Source: Phoronis australis (Eukaryota; Animalia; Phoronida). Taken from it: DNA of 64,000 nt. A model generated the notes under the pieces. The model was not told where the DNA came from. It did no database searches and saw nothing but the letters and a program-made list of their open reading frames with translations. Shown piece by piece: positions 1 through 11,559 of the stretch. Numbering within the stretch: the stretch's first letter is position 1; every line of letters begins with the position of its first letter. The stretch is from assembly GCA_002633005.1 (NCBI GenBank), contig NMRA01000014.1, forward strand, positions 1,274,838-1,338,837, in the 5' to 3' direction. The translations under genes and the position numbers were made by a program.

Positions 1-41
1 AGATAACCTTAACTGAAACTGAATGGATGAATGAACGTTAC

Positions 42-206
42 CTTGTCTAAAGTTTCCCTCACACCTGGTATTAGAGCAATACAGGCCAGGACGGTACCAA
101 ACAACAACACAAATGCATATGCGATACGCGCCGAGGTCGAGTTCTTACATGACGGACACGCAGCACAGCACAGACTGCAGGCTGCACTGCCGCAGCAACA
201 GGCCAA
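42..206 (-). CDS. SERINC: Serine incorporator (Serinc/TMS family), coding exon 2; gene continues off the left edge
   Basis: LACCCGSAACSLCCAACPSCKNSTSARIAYAFVLLFGTVLACIALIPGVRETLDK is the Cys-rich Serinc N-terminus plus TM1. Acceptor tttcAG at 208-207, donor GTAACG at 41; 165 nt, phase 0/0. Confidence 0.93.
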
Positions 207-1544
207 CTGAAAGACAAGTAAACAAAAGATAAGTGGGTGGACTTAAGAAAATTAAGAAAATCAAGGTGGATCAATCATGGTATTAACACTTTCACTATCA
301 AACCAAACGACTAGCGAGTAAAGCACTTGCCCATTCTTGACCTACCTAATCCTAAATTTTATGGGAGATAAGCAACATCATCAAACGATGGCAAGACAGT
401 TTCACCAAGTGACTGAAGTTACCAGTCACAGACAAGGTCATTGATGATGTAAAGCACAAATCAATTCCCCACTCTTCAACCCTGATGGCAGGAGACAGTG
501 TATCTAGGCTAATGATGCCTCTGAGCTGTTGGTTTTTCACCTTTCAGTGGATAGCCTTGTATAGGCCTGTAGTGTGGAACCCAAAGACTGTTCTTATTAA
601 GTTCTCTAACAATGATTAAACACTTTTTGCAGTGTTGTTCGCAGAAGAAACCTTCGCCTTGTCCCGATATCAAAGACAAAAAGAGATTGAGAGAACATGT
701 CTGCCTTTTCATGCACCTGTCGAATGCCAGTTTGTGCATAAATTTACTATAATAAGAAGTTCTACTACATCGGTTTTAAACAAAAACCAGATATACCAGG
801 CATCACCATTTAGGTACACGGTTTTCAAAATGAATATAGTTCATTACTAATGTGGGCTCAGACACTGGCAAGCTTCAAAACCTATTTTCACAATAGACTA
901 TAGTACATGGACTGCCAACTCTGTACATTTTCAGTGGATGAAATCTGCGATCTTATGCATACACAGTGACGTCACTATCTACTAGTGACACCTGGCAATT
1001 ATAGCACGCTTTGCTTCCGGCAAGTACGTCATCTGCTATACTGGACAGTAAAATAAATCTGCAAGAATTTCCCATCACAATACACTAACCGGAAGCTGAG
1101 TTTGCTGTGTTTAGAGGCTGACACCTCCTCTAGGGTATTTCCTAAGAAAATGTCAGAGTTCCGAATCTGTCATCTATAATCTGTGTTTTTTACTAAATAT
1201 CCGGAGTAGGGCCAAACCGTTTCACAGCTTTTTCGGTTTCCATTCATATAGTTTTCTTTTTTGGGAAAAGCTGGACAAATATAGGTATCCAGAAAAGCAA
1301 TCAGTATATAACATGTCTTGAAACCAAGAATCAGTTCAAAGCATTGTGTGAAATGAGGTGAGACTGCGAAATAAGTGGAGAATTACTAAATTTAGAAGGA
1401 CGGTCATTAGTCAGTAGTATTTTGGATTTTTTGATGAATCACAGGGAAGCTAAGAAAATTGCTAATCTGGCTATGACATCTGCAGCTACTCACCATTGAA
1501 GAAAAATAAGTATGAAGAAGCTTTAAATAATAACAGTAACGCGC

Positions 1545-2440
1545 AGCGTAAAAATTGCCAGTTGCCGATTTGCGTGACTGAATGAAGGACTGTTCAAAAA
1601 GATTGATTACGCACTGGCTAAAGTATGAAGGTCACATTCTTGTAAATACCTTTTGCGTATAGAGGGACACCTTAGGAGGTTGGCGGTGTGTATAATTCCT
1701 TCCAACTTGAACAAATACTTCCGTTATCGAACTTTTTGTTCGAGCAGTCACTCGTTCATTTCCCAAAATCGTGAACTCACCATTTTTATACTGCGCACGC
1801 TCCAACTTTTACCGTGCTCGCTAGGTGATGTGACTTCATGACCTCAATCTTTAAATAGGCCAAAGGTGAGCCATTGCGGTCTTGTCAGTCAAATGTTCGT
1901 TTCCAAAATGCCACCACTTATACTTGTCTTTAATTGGCGTTACTTGAAACTGATTGTATTTCAATGAATTATTGTTTGTATTTGATAAAAATAAATGCTG
2001 TTGATACGACATTTAATAGTCTTTGTGCACATATTTGACATTTTAATAATGTTTAACAACACGGCAAATGCACGGCTGGTTTCTGGCAGCACGTACGCAA
2101 AGGGCGGGAACTTCAGCTTTCAAAGTTCGCCGGTAGGACCGCAACTTCTGATCTTCGGCCTGGTTAAAAGAATCTCTTTGCGTGCACCGAGTGAAAATGT
2201 TGAGTTAACGATTTTGGGAACTGAAATAGGGACTGCTCGAAGAAAAAGCTTGATAACGGGAGTATTTGTTCGAGTTGGAAGGAATTAAACACATCTATGC
2301 GCAAAAGGTATTTATAACAACGTGACTTTGATGGTTTAGTCGGTACGAGGCATAATTCGCCGAAAAGCTTCCGGCGTATGGAGTGCCTATAGGAGCTGCA
2401 TCGCCTCTGGTTCGGGCCAACAGAGGCGATGGTCATTGCC
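1545..2440. mobile_element. Foldback/MITE-like dispersed repeat; inverted arms at ~1640-1800 and ~2180-2320
   Basis: aattccttccaacttgaacaaatacttccgttatc (~1695-1728) is the near reverse complement of gataacgggagtatttgttcgagttggaaggaatt (~2252-2286). The same family recurs at 38225-39200. Confidence 0.7.
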
Positions 2441-2766
2441 TAACACTCCTACAGTCCTACAGACCAGTCCAGATGGTGTCTTTGTTTACAACTGCACAAG
2501 ACAATCTTGCGCCTGTGTGTTACTTAAGGTCTATCAACCCCTCCTTGAGGAGCTATGGACTCTCATATTCAGCCGATGTACACAGTCATATATTCGCACA
2601 ACTTTTGTCGATAGGCTTTGTGAGCTTTTTGCGTACGTCAGTCGTCAGGCAATGACGTTTTGAGTGTGACTCTGACTGTGTCCATGAAGGTCAATTACAC
2701 AATAGCTGTTTTAACAGTGAATCTCGAAAATTTGCTGGATTAAGAACAGATTTAAACTATACTTAC

Positions 2767-2787
2767 TGATCCTATTATACAACCCAT
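2767..2787 (-). CDS. SERINC: Serinc coding exon 1 (MGCIIGS)
   Basis: ATG GGT TGT ATA ATA GGA TCA followed by a perfect GTAAGT donor (2766-2761). Splices in frame to exon 2, giving MGCIIGSLACCCGSAAC, the typical Serinc start. Confidence 0.88.
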
Positions 2788-2870
2788 TGGAAAGTGTGGC
2801 TGTTACAGGAGTTGAACCTGGTGAACAAGCTGAAAATGTTTCGCTTTCCTTTTCCTAGAACCTTCGCAGT

Positions 2871-2894
2871 AAAAATGGCGATTGGTCATGTGAC
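2871..2894. promoter_or_regulatory. Putative Serinc proximal promoter motif cluster (YY1-like AAAATGGCG, inverted CCAAT, GTCATGTGAC E/M-box)
   Basis: Three abutting motifs about 90-110 bp upstream of the Serinc ATG; motif match only. Confidence 0.4.
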
Positions 2895-3302
2895 ATTGAT
2901 AAATATTTACCGTGAAAAGAAAATCCTATAGCGTACTTTGAATAGTGAATGTAACAAGACTACAAGAAACCTTCAAACCATAGTTTGAGGTGAAAATAAA
3001 TAATAAATATGGCAATTTTGAAGTTAAAATTAAATCACTTTGTATTATTTTTTACTATTTATTCTTGATGCTGTCCAATATTCCGACCAAATATGTTATA
3101 ATGATTAGTTATCCCAACAGCGCTTCTTTCTTTTTGAGATCAACGTGAAAAGGCAGGTAAGCCTACATTTTGTTCTGTTGTCTTCTTACCTCTCATAAGT
3201 TACAGAATTGGGTAACGGACCCAGAATTGTGTTATTATCTATAACGACAGCGAGCCAGTAAGTATAGGTAAAAATAAGTGCAGTGGTCTACTCCCACAGT
3301 TG

Positions 3303-3347
3303 GACACACACACACAGTGACACACACACACACACACTGTGACACAC
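3303..3347. repeat. Interrupted (CA)n microsatellite
   Basis: gacacacacacacagtgacacacacacacacactgtgacacac. Confidence 0.85.
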
Positions 3348-3599
3348 GGCCAAGCCGCTTGAGCCACAGTCAGGGCAGTGTCAGTGCCAGTGCCAGTACT
3401 ACTAGTAGCCACTTGTGATTCGACTTGCACTAGTAAGCAGCAAGCTGCATGAAGAACTATCGTGTGTTAAACTCCTATAGACCTCGAAATTTCACACTGC
3501 CATTGTACTCCTTGTAGTTCTGCTCGACACCTTGTTGTCGCGAAACTTTACATTGAACTAATGACGGGAGGGGGGGGGGGGGGGGGNAAAATCTAGGAA

Positions 3600-4072
3600 T
3601 CTACTAGGCAACATGTAGCCCCTTGGTTGGCCGGTTAGGGGCTATAATACTTCCCATCTGTACGAATTTTGTACCGTGTATTTTAAACGGGCAGTAGGCC
3701 AAATCCGGCCACCAATTAGGAGTTTTCACCTCGTCAAAAATACATTCCACACTTAAAACTATCACTTAAAAAAGCACTTACTTTCTTCAGTGATCCTTTC
3801 TATTTCTACACATATTTTCGATTAAGCTTAGTTACAAGAATTAAGGTGATTTTAGCAAAGAATTCCAACGCCACTTTTTTGGTCACCGTTAACTTTTTCA
3901 CAACACGCGCTATAAGCACAAAGTATTTCAACTGAGTCACGTGAGTTAGGCAAAGGCTAGAGCGAGACTAAGCGAAGTGCGTGATCTGGCGCATGACACT
4001 TGCAAAATAGCATGGGAAGTTATCAGGTGAAATTTGTAAGATTTGTATCCCTTGAACTTTTTATTCGTCAAC
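3600..4072. repeat. ~470-bp dispersed repeat; second copy inverted at ~52015-52497
   Basis: For example tttttggtcaccgttaactttttcac and tatttcaactgagtcacgtgagttag occur as reverse complements at 52140-52212; homology extends over the whole block. Confidence 0.8.
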
Positions 4073-4319
4073 ATGGCCATGGGTGATTTCATGTAACTTC
4101 CTCAAAATGGCACTTGGTATTAGAGAAACTTGAGCAAACCGTTGAAATTACCATGACTGAATTGTCTCCAGACGTATTGTATATGTTAATTACAACTCCA
4201 TGTCCATGTCTACATTTTTCATTTGATTTTATTTCCTGTATTTTGAAATTCATAACTTTTTGTGGGGATGCACTATCGCCCCTGTATGTCTGCGGCATCC
4301 AGGGCTATGTAATTGCCTA

Positions 4320-5360
4320 CGAGTCAACCTGTCAACCGACACTCACCTTACCTGTTGCAACCGTTAAAGTGAAAAACACGTCATTTTCTTGCATAATTCT
4401 CCTATTGTAACAAAGAAAAGTTTATCGTAGTTTTGAAAATAGTACACTCGTGACACGCGCACATGCCATTTCCTAATTGTTTGCAACATCTCTTGTGGGA
4501 TGATGGCAGCTTCATAGCAGCAAAATTTGTTCTGAAACTTGGATTCCTGTTATTTAAATAACAAAAACTTATAACGATAATTTGTTGTGCCATGTGTGCA
4601 ACCTCGTTTAAGAAAAGCAGTTTATTGACGAATCAGTAAAAAAAGAAACTGGTCACGCTTTTTTCATAGTGCGGGAAGCCAATGCATAAGACCCCTCCAT
4701 ATATTTAACAGCAGAATAATGGTAAAACGTCTATTAACACCAGTAAATAATTTAGTTTACTGCAGAGGGTATTTTTTAATGTCGCTAATTTTGTGTCAGA
4801 TATTATTTGGTCTGTTTTTACCCACACATCGGTGAAAAGGTTTATATAAATATTCAGCTTTGCACCAAAGTAAACTAGCCACAGGCATTCTCATTAGCCT
4901 TGGTGCAAAGTTGTATACTTTGTGCCGATGTAGGTAAAAAAGTGCGTAAATAAAATGTGACACAAAATTATTGTCATTAAAAACTACTTTTCCTCATTGA
5001 ATTGTTTACCGATATTAATAAAATTGACATTCTACTGTTATTCTGCTGCTAAAGTTGTGGAGACATCTTATGCATCAGGTAAAGCATCACCTATTGCGTG
5101 GTTTCTTTTTTGGGGGATTCTTCAATCAACTGTTCTTCTTCCATGACGTTATGCACATGTCACAACAAATTATTGGAATCAGTTTCATTTTGTTATAAGT
5201 TTTCATTATCAGCAAACTGACTTTCAAAACAAACTTTGCTGCTGCGGAGCTGCCATCGAGAGATGTCTCAAAAATTTTGGAAATGGTACGTGCACGTGTC
5301 ATGAGTGTACCATTTTTAAAACAGTATAGACTTTTCTAAGGTGAGTGTTGCTGACTCCCA
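4320..5360. mobile_element. ~1-kb imperfect palindromic foldback element centred near 4885
   Basis: acactcacctta (4340) pairs with taaggtgagtgt (5337); gatggcagct..gcagcaaa (4502) pairs with tttgctgctgcggagctgccatc (5235); centre is tttgcaccaa...ttggtgcaaa. Confidence 0.7.
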
Positions 5361-5519
5361 GATTTTGCATGCACTTCGTTGGTTTTAGGTCTACATGTTG
5401 ATATTTGTTTCACGACGAGGTGACGAATACAACTATCTGGCGGTGTGTGAAATTTCGAGGTCTATTGGAGCTTAATGTATAGTGGTTCCTAGCTGTATTT
5501 TGATGGTAGTCTTCATACA

Positions 5520-6400
5520 ACTGGAAACTCACAACACTTCAAATAGTGCTACCTGGAAAGTTTCTTTCAACAGAATTTTTTCTTGTTCTGCCTTACTTGT
5601 TGTCTTAATAGCCAAACTGAGACTTGAAGTCCCTATTGTGAATTTCCGGTTTCGTGTACGACGTAGAGTTGAAGAAAGCCTCTCCATATTAACTGCTGTT
5701 GGAGAATTCCCTCCCGACTGAACAGTTTGGGCATCTGACTAGCACGCTGAAGATGCCTGGTTCAAGTCTTGGTAATGGTGGATTTTTTCAGCTTTACTGG
5801 CACCCAACAACGGAGAGATCCACCTGAAGAAACATACAAAAGCCTAAAGGTGGTCACTGCCACCACAAAAAGCTTCAGCCTGGCAAACGATCCAGCATAC
5901 ATGGTGTCACTGATGGAAAATTCCAGGACTCGTTTGAGTGTCACTACCAACAGACAGTTGCTTCTTGGCCGAATGGTTTGGTTGCATGATTCAAACGCTG
6001 AAGGTGTCTGGTTCAAATTTTGGCACTGGTCGATTTTTTCTACACAATTATCTCTAGCGTGTGAGCTAAGTGTCCAATATAACTGGCAATTGCCCATTGG
6101 CAAGCGATTTGGAGATTGGCTTTGTATGTCACATCTGAAGTCATGTAATGTAACAATCCTTCCTCTTCCTGACACTGTTGCGCTTCCTGGCTATTGATCT
6201 CTCGGCAACACTCCTTGCATCCTGGAATTGACCTGCAGCAACACTAACCTGTCTCCTGGAATTCATCTTGTGCGATACTCTGCTTGTGTTCTGGATCTTA
6301 CGTCACCAGGCTGGCACACCTCCATCTACCCTTTGGAAGCCTTACGCAACACCTCTGGGTTTCCTAGGTCTCACTTTAGCTGGGTGCCAATGTTGAAAAA
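5520..6400 (-). pseudogene. Degenerate Gypsy LTR-retrotransposon pol/integrase remnant
   Basis: ORF 5762-6175 reads ...LYW....DNCVEKIDQCQ...DTMYAGSFARLKLFVVAVT, matching the decayed integrase pattern VWWP..D..VKSC..CQ...HVDYAGPF.G.MFLVVVD. Multiple frameshifts. Confidence 0.55.
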
Positions 6401-6857
6401 TCCTCCAGTAACGAGAATTGAACTTACTTGAACCTGGTATCTCTGCCAATAGGCAAATTCCTTTTGGTAATCAATTTGGAAATGGTTTATTTTACTGTTA
6501 GTCACACCTGGAAGTCTCATGATACATTGTTCACAATTCAAGGCCACTTAAGCCACCTGTGATAATTGCCCCTAACATAGACAAGAACTTAAAGGCGAAG
6601 GCAACCTTTTTCCATGTCATTTTGAGCTAAAATAAGGTTGGTTGGTTATCCTAGACATATTTTTCACTTAATTACAGCTTTTCGTAATTTTATTAACTAT
6701 TCGTCCGCTTTTCCGGAAGTGACGTTTTAGGAGGCAAGCGCTTCCCGCCAATTTCTTTTCACATAGTCTGACTGTGAGAGCTGCCGAGTCAGTCATTGTT
6801 CTACCTCGGTTGTGTTAAGTTCCGTCGTCGTTCGCTTTCATTTACTAGTCAGTCAAC

Positions 6858-7935
6858 ATGCCACACTGTTGCTGCGTACCGGGATGTAGTAATTATCGGC
6901 TCACGCGCGCTTTGGGAGTGCCTTTGCATCGCTTTCCGATGGATGACACACTTCGCCGTACTTGGCTCGTTCGTGTGAAGAACGCAGCGTTACCCGTCCA
7001 CGCAACGTACAAAGCAGTGGAGAATTACCGTGTGTGTGGCAAGCACTTTCTGCCGTCCGATTACGAAAGGGATTTGTACGCTGAACTGATGAAGGTCCCC
7101 GCGAAACAACGCTTGAAGAAGGATGCCATTCCGTCTGTGTTGATTCCCGGCAGTGCCCCGTCGCCACCCCCGAGAAGTGCGTTTTTGAAGCGAGAAGCCT
7201 CGCGAGCTGTGGCCAGTACAGTGACTGGAGCCAGTGGAGGCACTTCATCTACTGTCACCCGTGCCTCCGAACGTACCCCAGAGCGTGCAATTCCTGGAAC
7301 CAGTAGTGATTCGCCCTGTGCTGTTTTCTCCAGCCCAGAGCCTCTAAGCAGCCCTGCAGCGATATTGAGTAGTGGGAGTGATTACAGGCCCAGTTCGACA
7401 CCCAGTGAAGAGGACAGTTCGTCGTCCAGTGAACAGATCGGTGAGCCAAACTTTGATAAGTTTATTGTGGACTTGTCTAAAGTGTTGGAGCTATTTAGAA
7501 GGTGCCAGGTGTGTGGCGAGGGAGTCACACGACACAATGTAAGCAGTTTGGGTGCTCAGGTCACCATCCAGTGGGAGTGTGTCACGGGACACTCTGGCAA
7601 GTGGGACAGTTGTTCCTCTGTCCGTGGTATGCCGGAGGTCCACTTAACCATGTCCAGTGGTGTGCTCTTCACTGGAAACACGTTTCAGTCGGTGAAGACA
7701 ATGATGGACTTTGGAAAAGTCAAGTTTTTTTTCGAAAACAACATTCAACAACATTCAGAATTCCTATTTAATACCAGTTGTCAATGACGCATACATGTCA
7801 CAACATCTCGAGTTGGTGGCGGAATTCATGGAGAAGGAGAACTTGTCTGACTCACCAGGGCGGTCCGCCAAGTATACCACATACACTCTAATGGAGGAAG
7901 AGACCAAAAAGATAATTGATGTGGAACTCGGAACA
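6858..7935 (+). pseudogene. THAP-domain Kolobok-type transposase, frameshifted and truncated
   Basis: THAP finger MPHCCCVPGCSN...LHRFP...W...RVCGKHF...LKKDAIPS; C2CH motif FRRCQVC...WECVTGHSGKWDS. After a frameshift in the T-run near 7725 it continues as SDSPGRSAKYTTYTLMEEETKKIIDVEL; the remainder is deleted. Confidence 0.88.
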
Positions 7936-8199
7936 GCACAAGCATTCAATTGAGGTAGGCATAACAACGCACACAGTGCATTTGCACCAAGATGTGTCAC
8001 CACGTCTGTCTTCAGTAGCCGCCTCGTTTCTCTCAACAGCTGCCTGTGCCTGTGTGTACTCTGCCTCGTTGTACTCGGGCTCAAACATGTACCCACCCAC
8101 TGAATGTCCGTGAAAAAATTCCTCGTCACCACTGCTGTGAACAAGGTCTCCGTCACTCACACTACTGTCACTGTGATACGGGTCACCGACTCCAGCCAT
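7933..8199 (-). pseudogene. Truncated KolX-like accessory ORF with a P2X7 C-terminal (ballast)-like Cys motif, convergent to the transposase
   Basis: MAGVGDPY...GYMFEPEY...DTSWCKCTVCVVMPTSIECLCCSE (WCxCxxC..M....ECLCC); cut at the deletion junction near 7935. Confidence 0.7.
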
Positions 8200-11100
8200 T
8201 TTCAGCTTACAACACACTAAACAATCCCTAAATCCAACGCAGTTGAGTTCTCTACTAACCTATCTTGCCGCAGAATACTCGCCGATGGAAAGTGGTGGCG
8301 ACAATTGGTGAAAAATAGCACAAAACAAAAGTAGAATAGAACAGATTCGCACAGTAAGCTCAACGCAAAACCAAGTGGCGGGAAGCGCTTGCCTCCTAAA
8401 ACGTCACTTCCGGAAAAGCGGACGAGTAATTAATAAAAATACGAAAAGCTGTAATTAAGTGAAAAATATGTCTAGGATAACCAACCAACCTTATTTTAGC
8501 TCAAAATGACATGGAAAAAGGTTGCCTTCGCCTTTAATACCCACCCTGGATACCCATGGCAGAGAGTAGTTCTACTGGAGCATAAAGGAGAGATTGCCAC
8601 TTGCTGTGAATATCCTCAATGATGCTCAAGGAACTCGGCTTTTAGTCTAATTTATATTTAGTCACATTGGAGTTTAGGAAAGTGCATCGCTCACTCAAGT
8701 TTCAGCACTATATGGGTGCCAGATTTTAAGAACAAGTTTAACCAGTTTGATACATATTAACCGCTATTCACAGGAGGAAGGTGCAGCTCCTCAAATTCCT
8801 GGGCCCCGATAAGTGACTTACCCATGGCTAATTTTAGGATTGTCCCCGCACGTCTTTGATGCACTGTGAATACTATAGTCAGGCCAACTAGTGTATTAGA
8901 ATCATGAATCTTTTTTGTATAGCCACTGGTATAATACACGTTACATTCAGATCTTAATACAACAGCAGTGCAGCACAGCTGATTATTATTTTAAGACCAA
9001 GCTACAAATTCAATCTCAGCGATGGGAGGGTCTTGCATACAAGGCATGTAGGAAGGTAGAAATTCTAGGGAGGGGGCTTCAGAAGAACTCAAATCTTGTC
9101 ACACCCTCAGTTGTCTTTGCTTTCGCCAATATCGAATTCCTCTATCACGGCAAATGTAATTAGCCTATTGAGGGCTCTAGCTGTATATTGTGAAAATATA
9201 GATTCCAACTGTGGATTTACGTGTTTCGTTAAAACTAAAAAGTGGTTGACCTTCAGGCCTATCCTTGTCATAGGACATACTCTAGTTGCATACAAAATAA
9301 CACGTGAAAGGTGCTTCTTACAAAAATTTGAATTAGAAAATAATATATGCAGAATTTGCAAGTTTTATGTGCAAAAATCATGTTTGTGGAAAAAAGGAAT
9401 CACCTGTCTTCGAGCATATGGGTAATATTTCCGTGTACGTATTAAGATTCTGTGATCACCAAAGACTTTGAAAATATATAGTTTTGTTTTGTTTTGAATA
9501 ACTTATTTCCCTTAAGTTACGATTAAAGTCATGGCTGTTTGGTGTTAAGTCGAGCCTTGGTATATTCCAGCAGAACCACTTGCTTATGTTTCTGTGGTAT
9601 TTTGCCCCCTCCAGTTTTAGGATTGTTTAATTACTCTGTTGGAAGATTCTTTTACTTTGTAACTTCAAAGAAGCATATCTGTTGTTAGAAGCATACAATA
9701 AATATCTTGGTTCTTTGACATCTCAAGAGTTTGTCATGTCCTCAAATAATATTATTTTTCCATTATGTTGGTTAGCCATTTTCCCCAGTGTCTCTGTAGT
9801 GATACTGACTATCTGAATGTTGTGGCCTAAGTGTGTCACTCTAAACCCATCCATCATTCCTATCCAACGGCAAGAATTCTCTGCAGTTGAAAAGCCTTCC
9901 CTTCTATTATTAATGAGTGTTCACTTAATACTTAATTCTTCATAGCTACATGTAGGCCTCAAGCTCATTTTGACCAAATCTTTGACTGATTCTAAAGTCC
10001 AAATGATTTCAATGACAAAAAGATTTATTGCCATAGTTGAGCTCTGTTTGCGATGCATACTTTTGAGTTAATACACTGCGACTGCCTACTGCAGTGTTGC
10101 CGGAGGTGCTTCTGTAAGGCTTGTGTTTAACAGAAAGGGTCTTATCTATCTAGTAATGTATCACAGCATTCAGGGACATAGCTAGCCGCCCACCCAGTTT
10201 TCAATTTAATTAGGAAGACTTTGGGCAAGCAGAGGTTTACTAGCTGGTGCACAGAGTTGGTAATTAGCCAATGTACAGAGTAGTTAATTAGCCACTGTAT
10301 CGGTGTTCTGTGTTGAATTGAAATTAATCTCCTTACTGTGGTGTTTTTACTTGGCCTCTTTTTGTAAACTTATATTAAGCACCTAGTATTGTTTCAGTGG
10401 TTTTCTAAACTGTTAACACATGGAAGCAAAAGTTTGGGTCGTTCTTGCCGATGTATTTGAATCAGTGACATCCCCTCTTAGTGGGTTCTCGGTGCAGTCG
10501 CTGTGTTGGAAACAACATAGTCATCCTCAGACTTTCATTTTGTGCCGCAAATTAATTTTCAAAAATAATACGTCTTTTGTCACAGTTTTAGAAGCCATGC
10601 TTACTTGGTTCTAAAGTTTCAAACAAACATGGTGGGTTCACGTGTTCTAATGACCTATTTTTTCCGTATGTGGCATATTTGGATTAACTCCTTGCGTCAA
10701 GTGAGCGATGCTGCTATTATGATTTGCTAACAGTGCTTTAACCCAATAATTCCCGCCACCATTCTGTATTCCCTGTGAATACTTATCATGCTTCAAACAT
10801 TTTTTTTGATACTTGTCGCAATGCGAACAGAATTTTTTTAAGTATCCACACAGCACATTTTCTGCGAAGGTGACCGAATAGTGAGGATATCTATTGAATA
10901 TAGGTTGCCTCACTGGAAGGAGGCTGAAGAGCAAGGCCCTCTCTATTAATATAGGGTAGTCCACTGTTGAGGCCCAAAATTGAATTTCTTGCCTATGTCA
11001 TTTTAATAAGGATACGGTAATTCGTTTTAAATAATAAGCTATTTTATGTTTATTTTTTGTCTTGCCTTACGATCTGTTTATAAGAACTGCTACAGAATTG

Positions 11101-11559
11101 ACGACTGCACATTACCAGAGCGTGTGCGTTTTAGTGACCTCGTCATCCAAACTACGCCAAAGAGTATCCTCTTGGACACCGTGGTCACCCTCAGTCTCAG
11201 TGTGGAGACCAACTCCAAAAGGTTTTTAGAATTTAGTTCAGTGCATGATGCAAATGTCATTGTTTTGGTTTCCGTCGTCTGCTTCCTTATTCTCCAAATT
11301 TTTTGAAGAATCATATGCAAAAGTGGTACATATATTTTATTGGGTTCATATGAACACTACGTTGCTCTTTTGTTTGTGAATAAAATGCATGCAAAGTGTC
11401 ATATTGTCCTAAATGTCTGTTGTCATGAGCAGGGAAATGTTATTAACAATACAATGACTACTTATCAAAAATTGACTCGTTGATAAATTCGTTAGAATGG
11501 TTAGTCGATTCCACGTACCTTGGAGTTTCAACGCAAACTCGTTGGCAGCCAGAGAAAAT

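Larger units (their letters stand above)
3471..5471. mobile_element. Non-autonomous TIR element bounded by TTAA, containing nested repeats
   Basis: TTAA|actcctatagacctcgaaatttcacactgcca (3471 onward) pairs with tggcggtgtgtgaaatttcgaggtctattggagc|TTAA (ends 5471). The interval includes an N at 3587. Confidence 0.6.
6593..8533 (+). mobile_element. Kolobok-type DNA transposon, internally deleted (1941 bp), ~158-bp TIRs, TTAA target-site duplication
   Basis: TTAA|AGGCGAAGGCAACC...GGTTGCCTTCGCCT|TTAA; TIRs at 6593-6750 and ~8376-8533 are nearly identical. Purine-purine termini, a TTAA TSD, a THAP transposase and a convergent second ORF are the Kolobok hallmarks. Confidence 0.88.

Noticed and set aside
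6593-8533. piggyBac or P-element assignment, or a host THAP gene
   Set aside because: Termini are AGG, not piggyBac CCC/CCY; the TSD is TTAA, not the 8 bp of P elements; the ORF is intronless, frameshifted and enclosed by TIRs.
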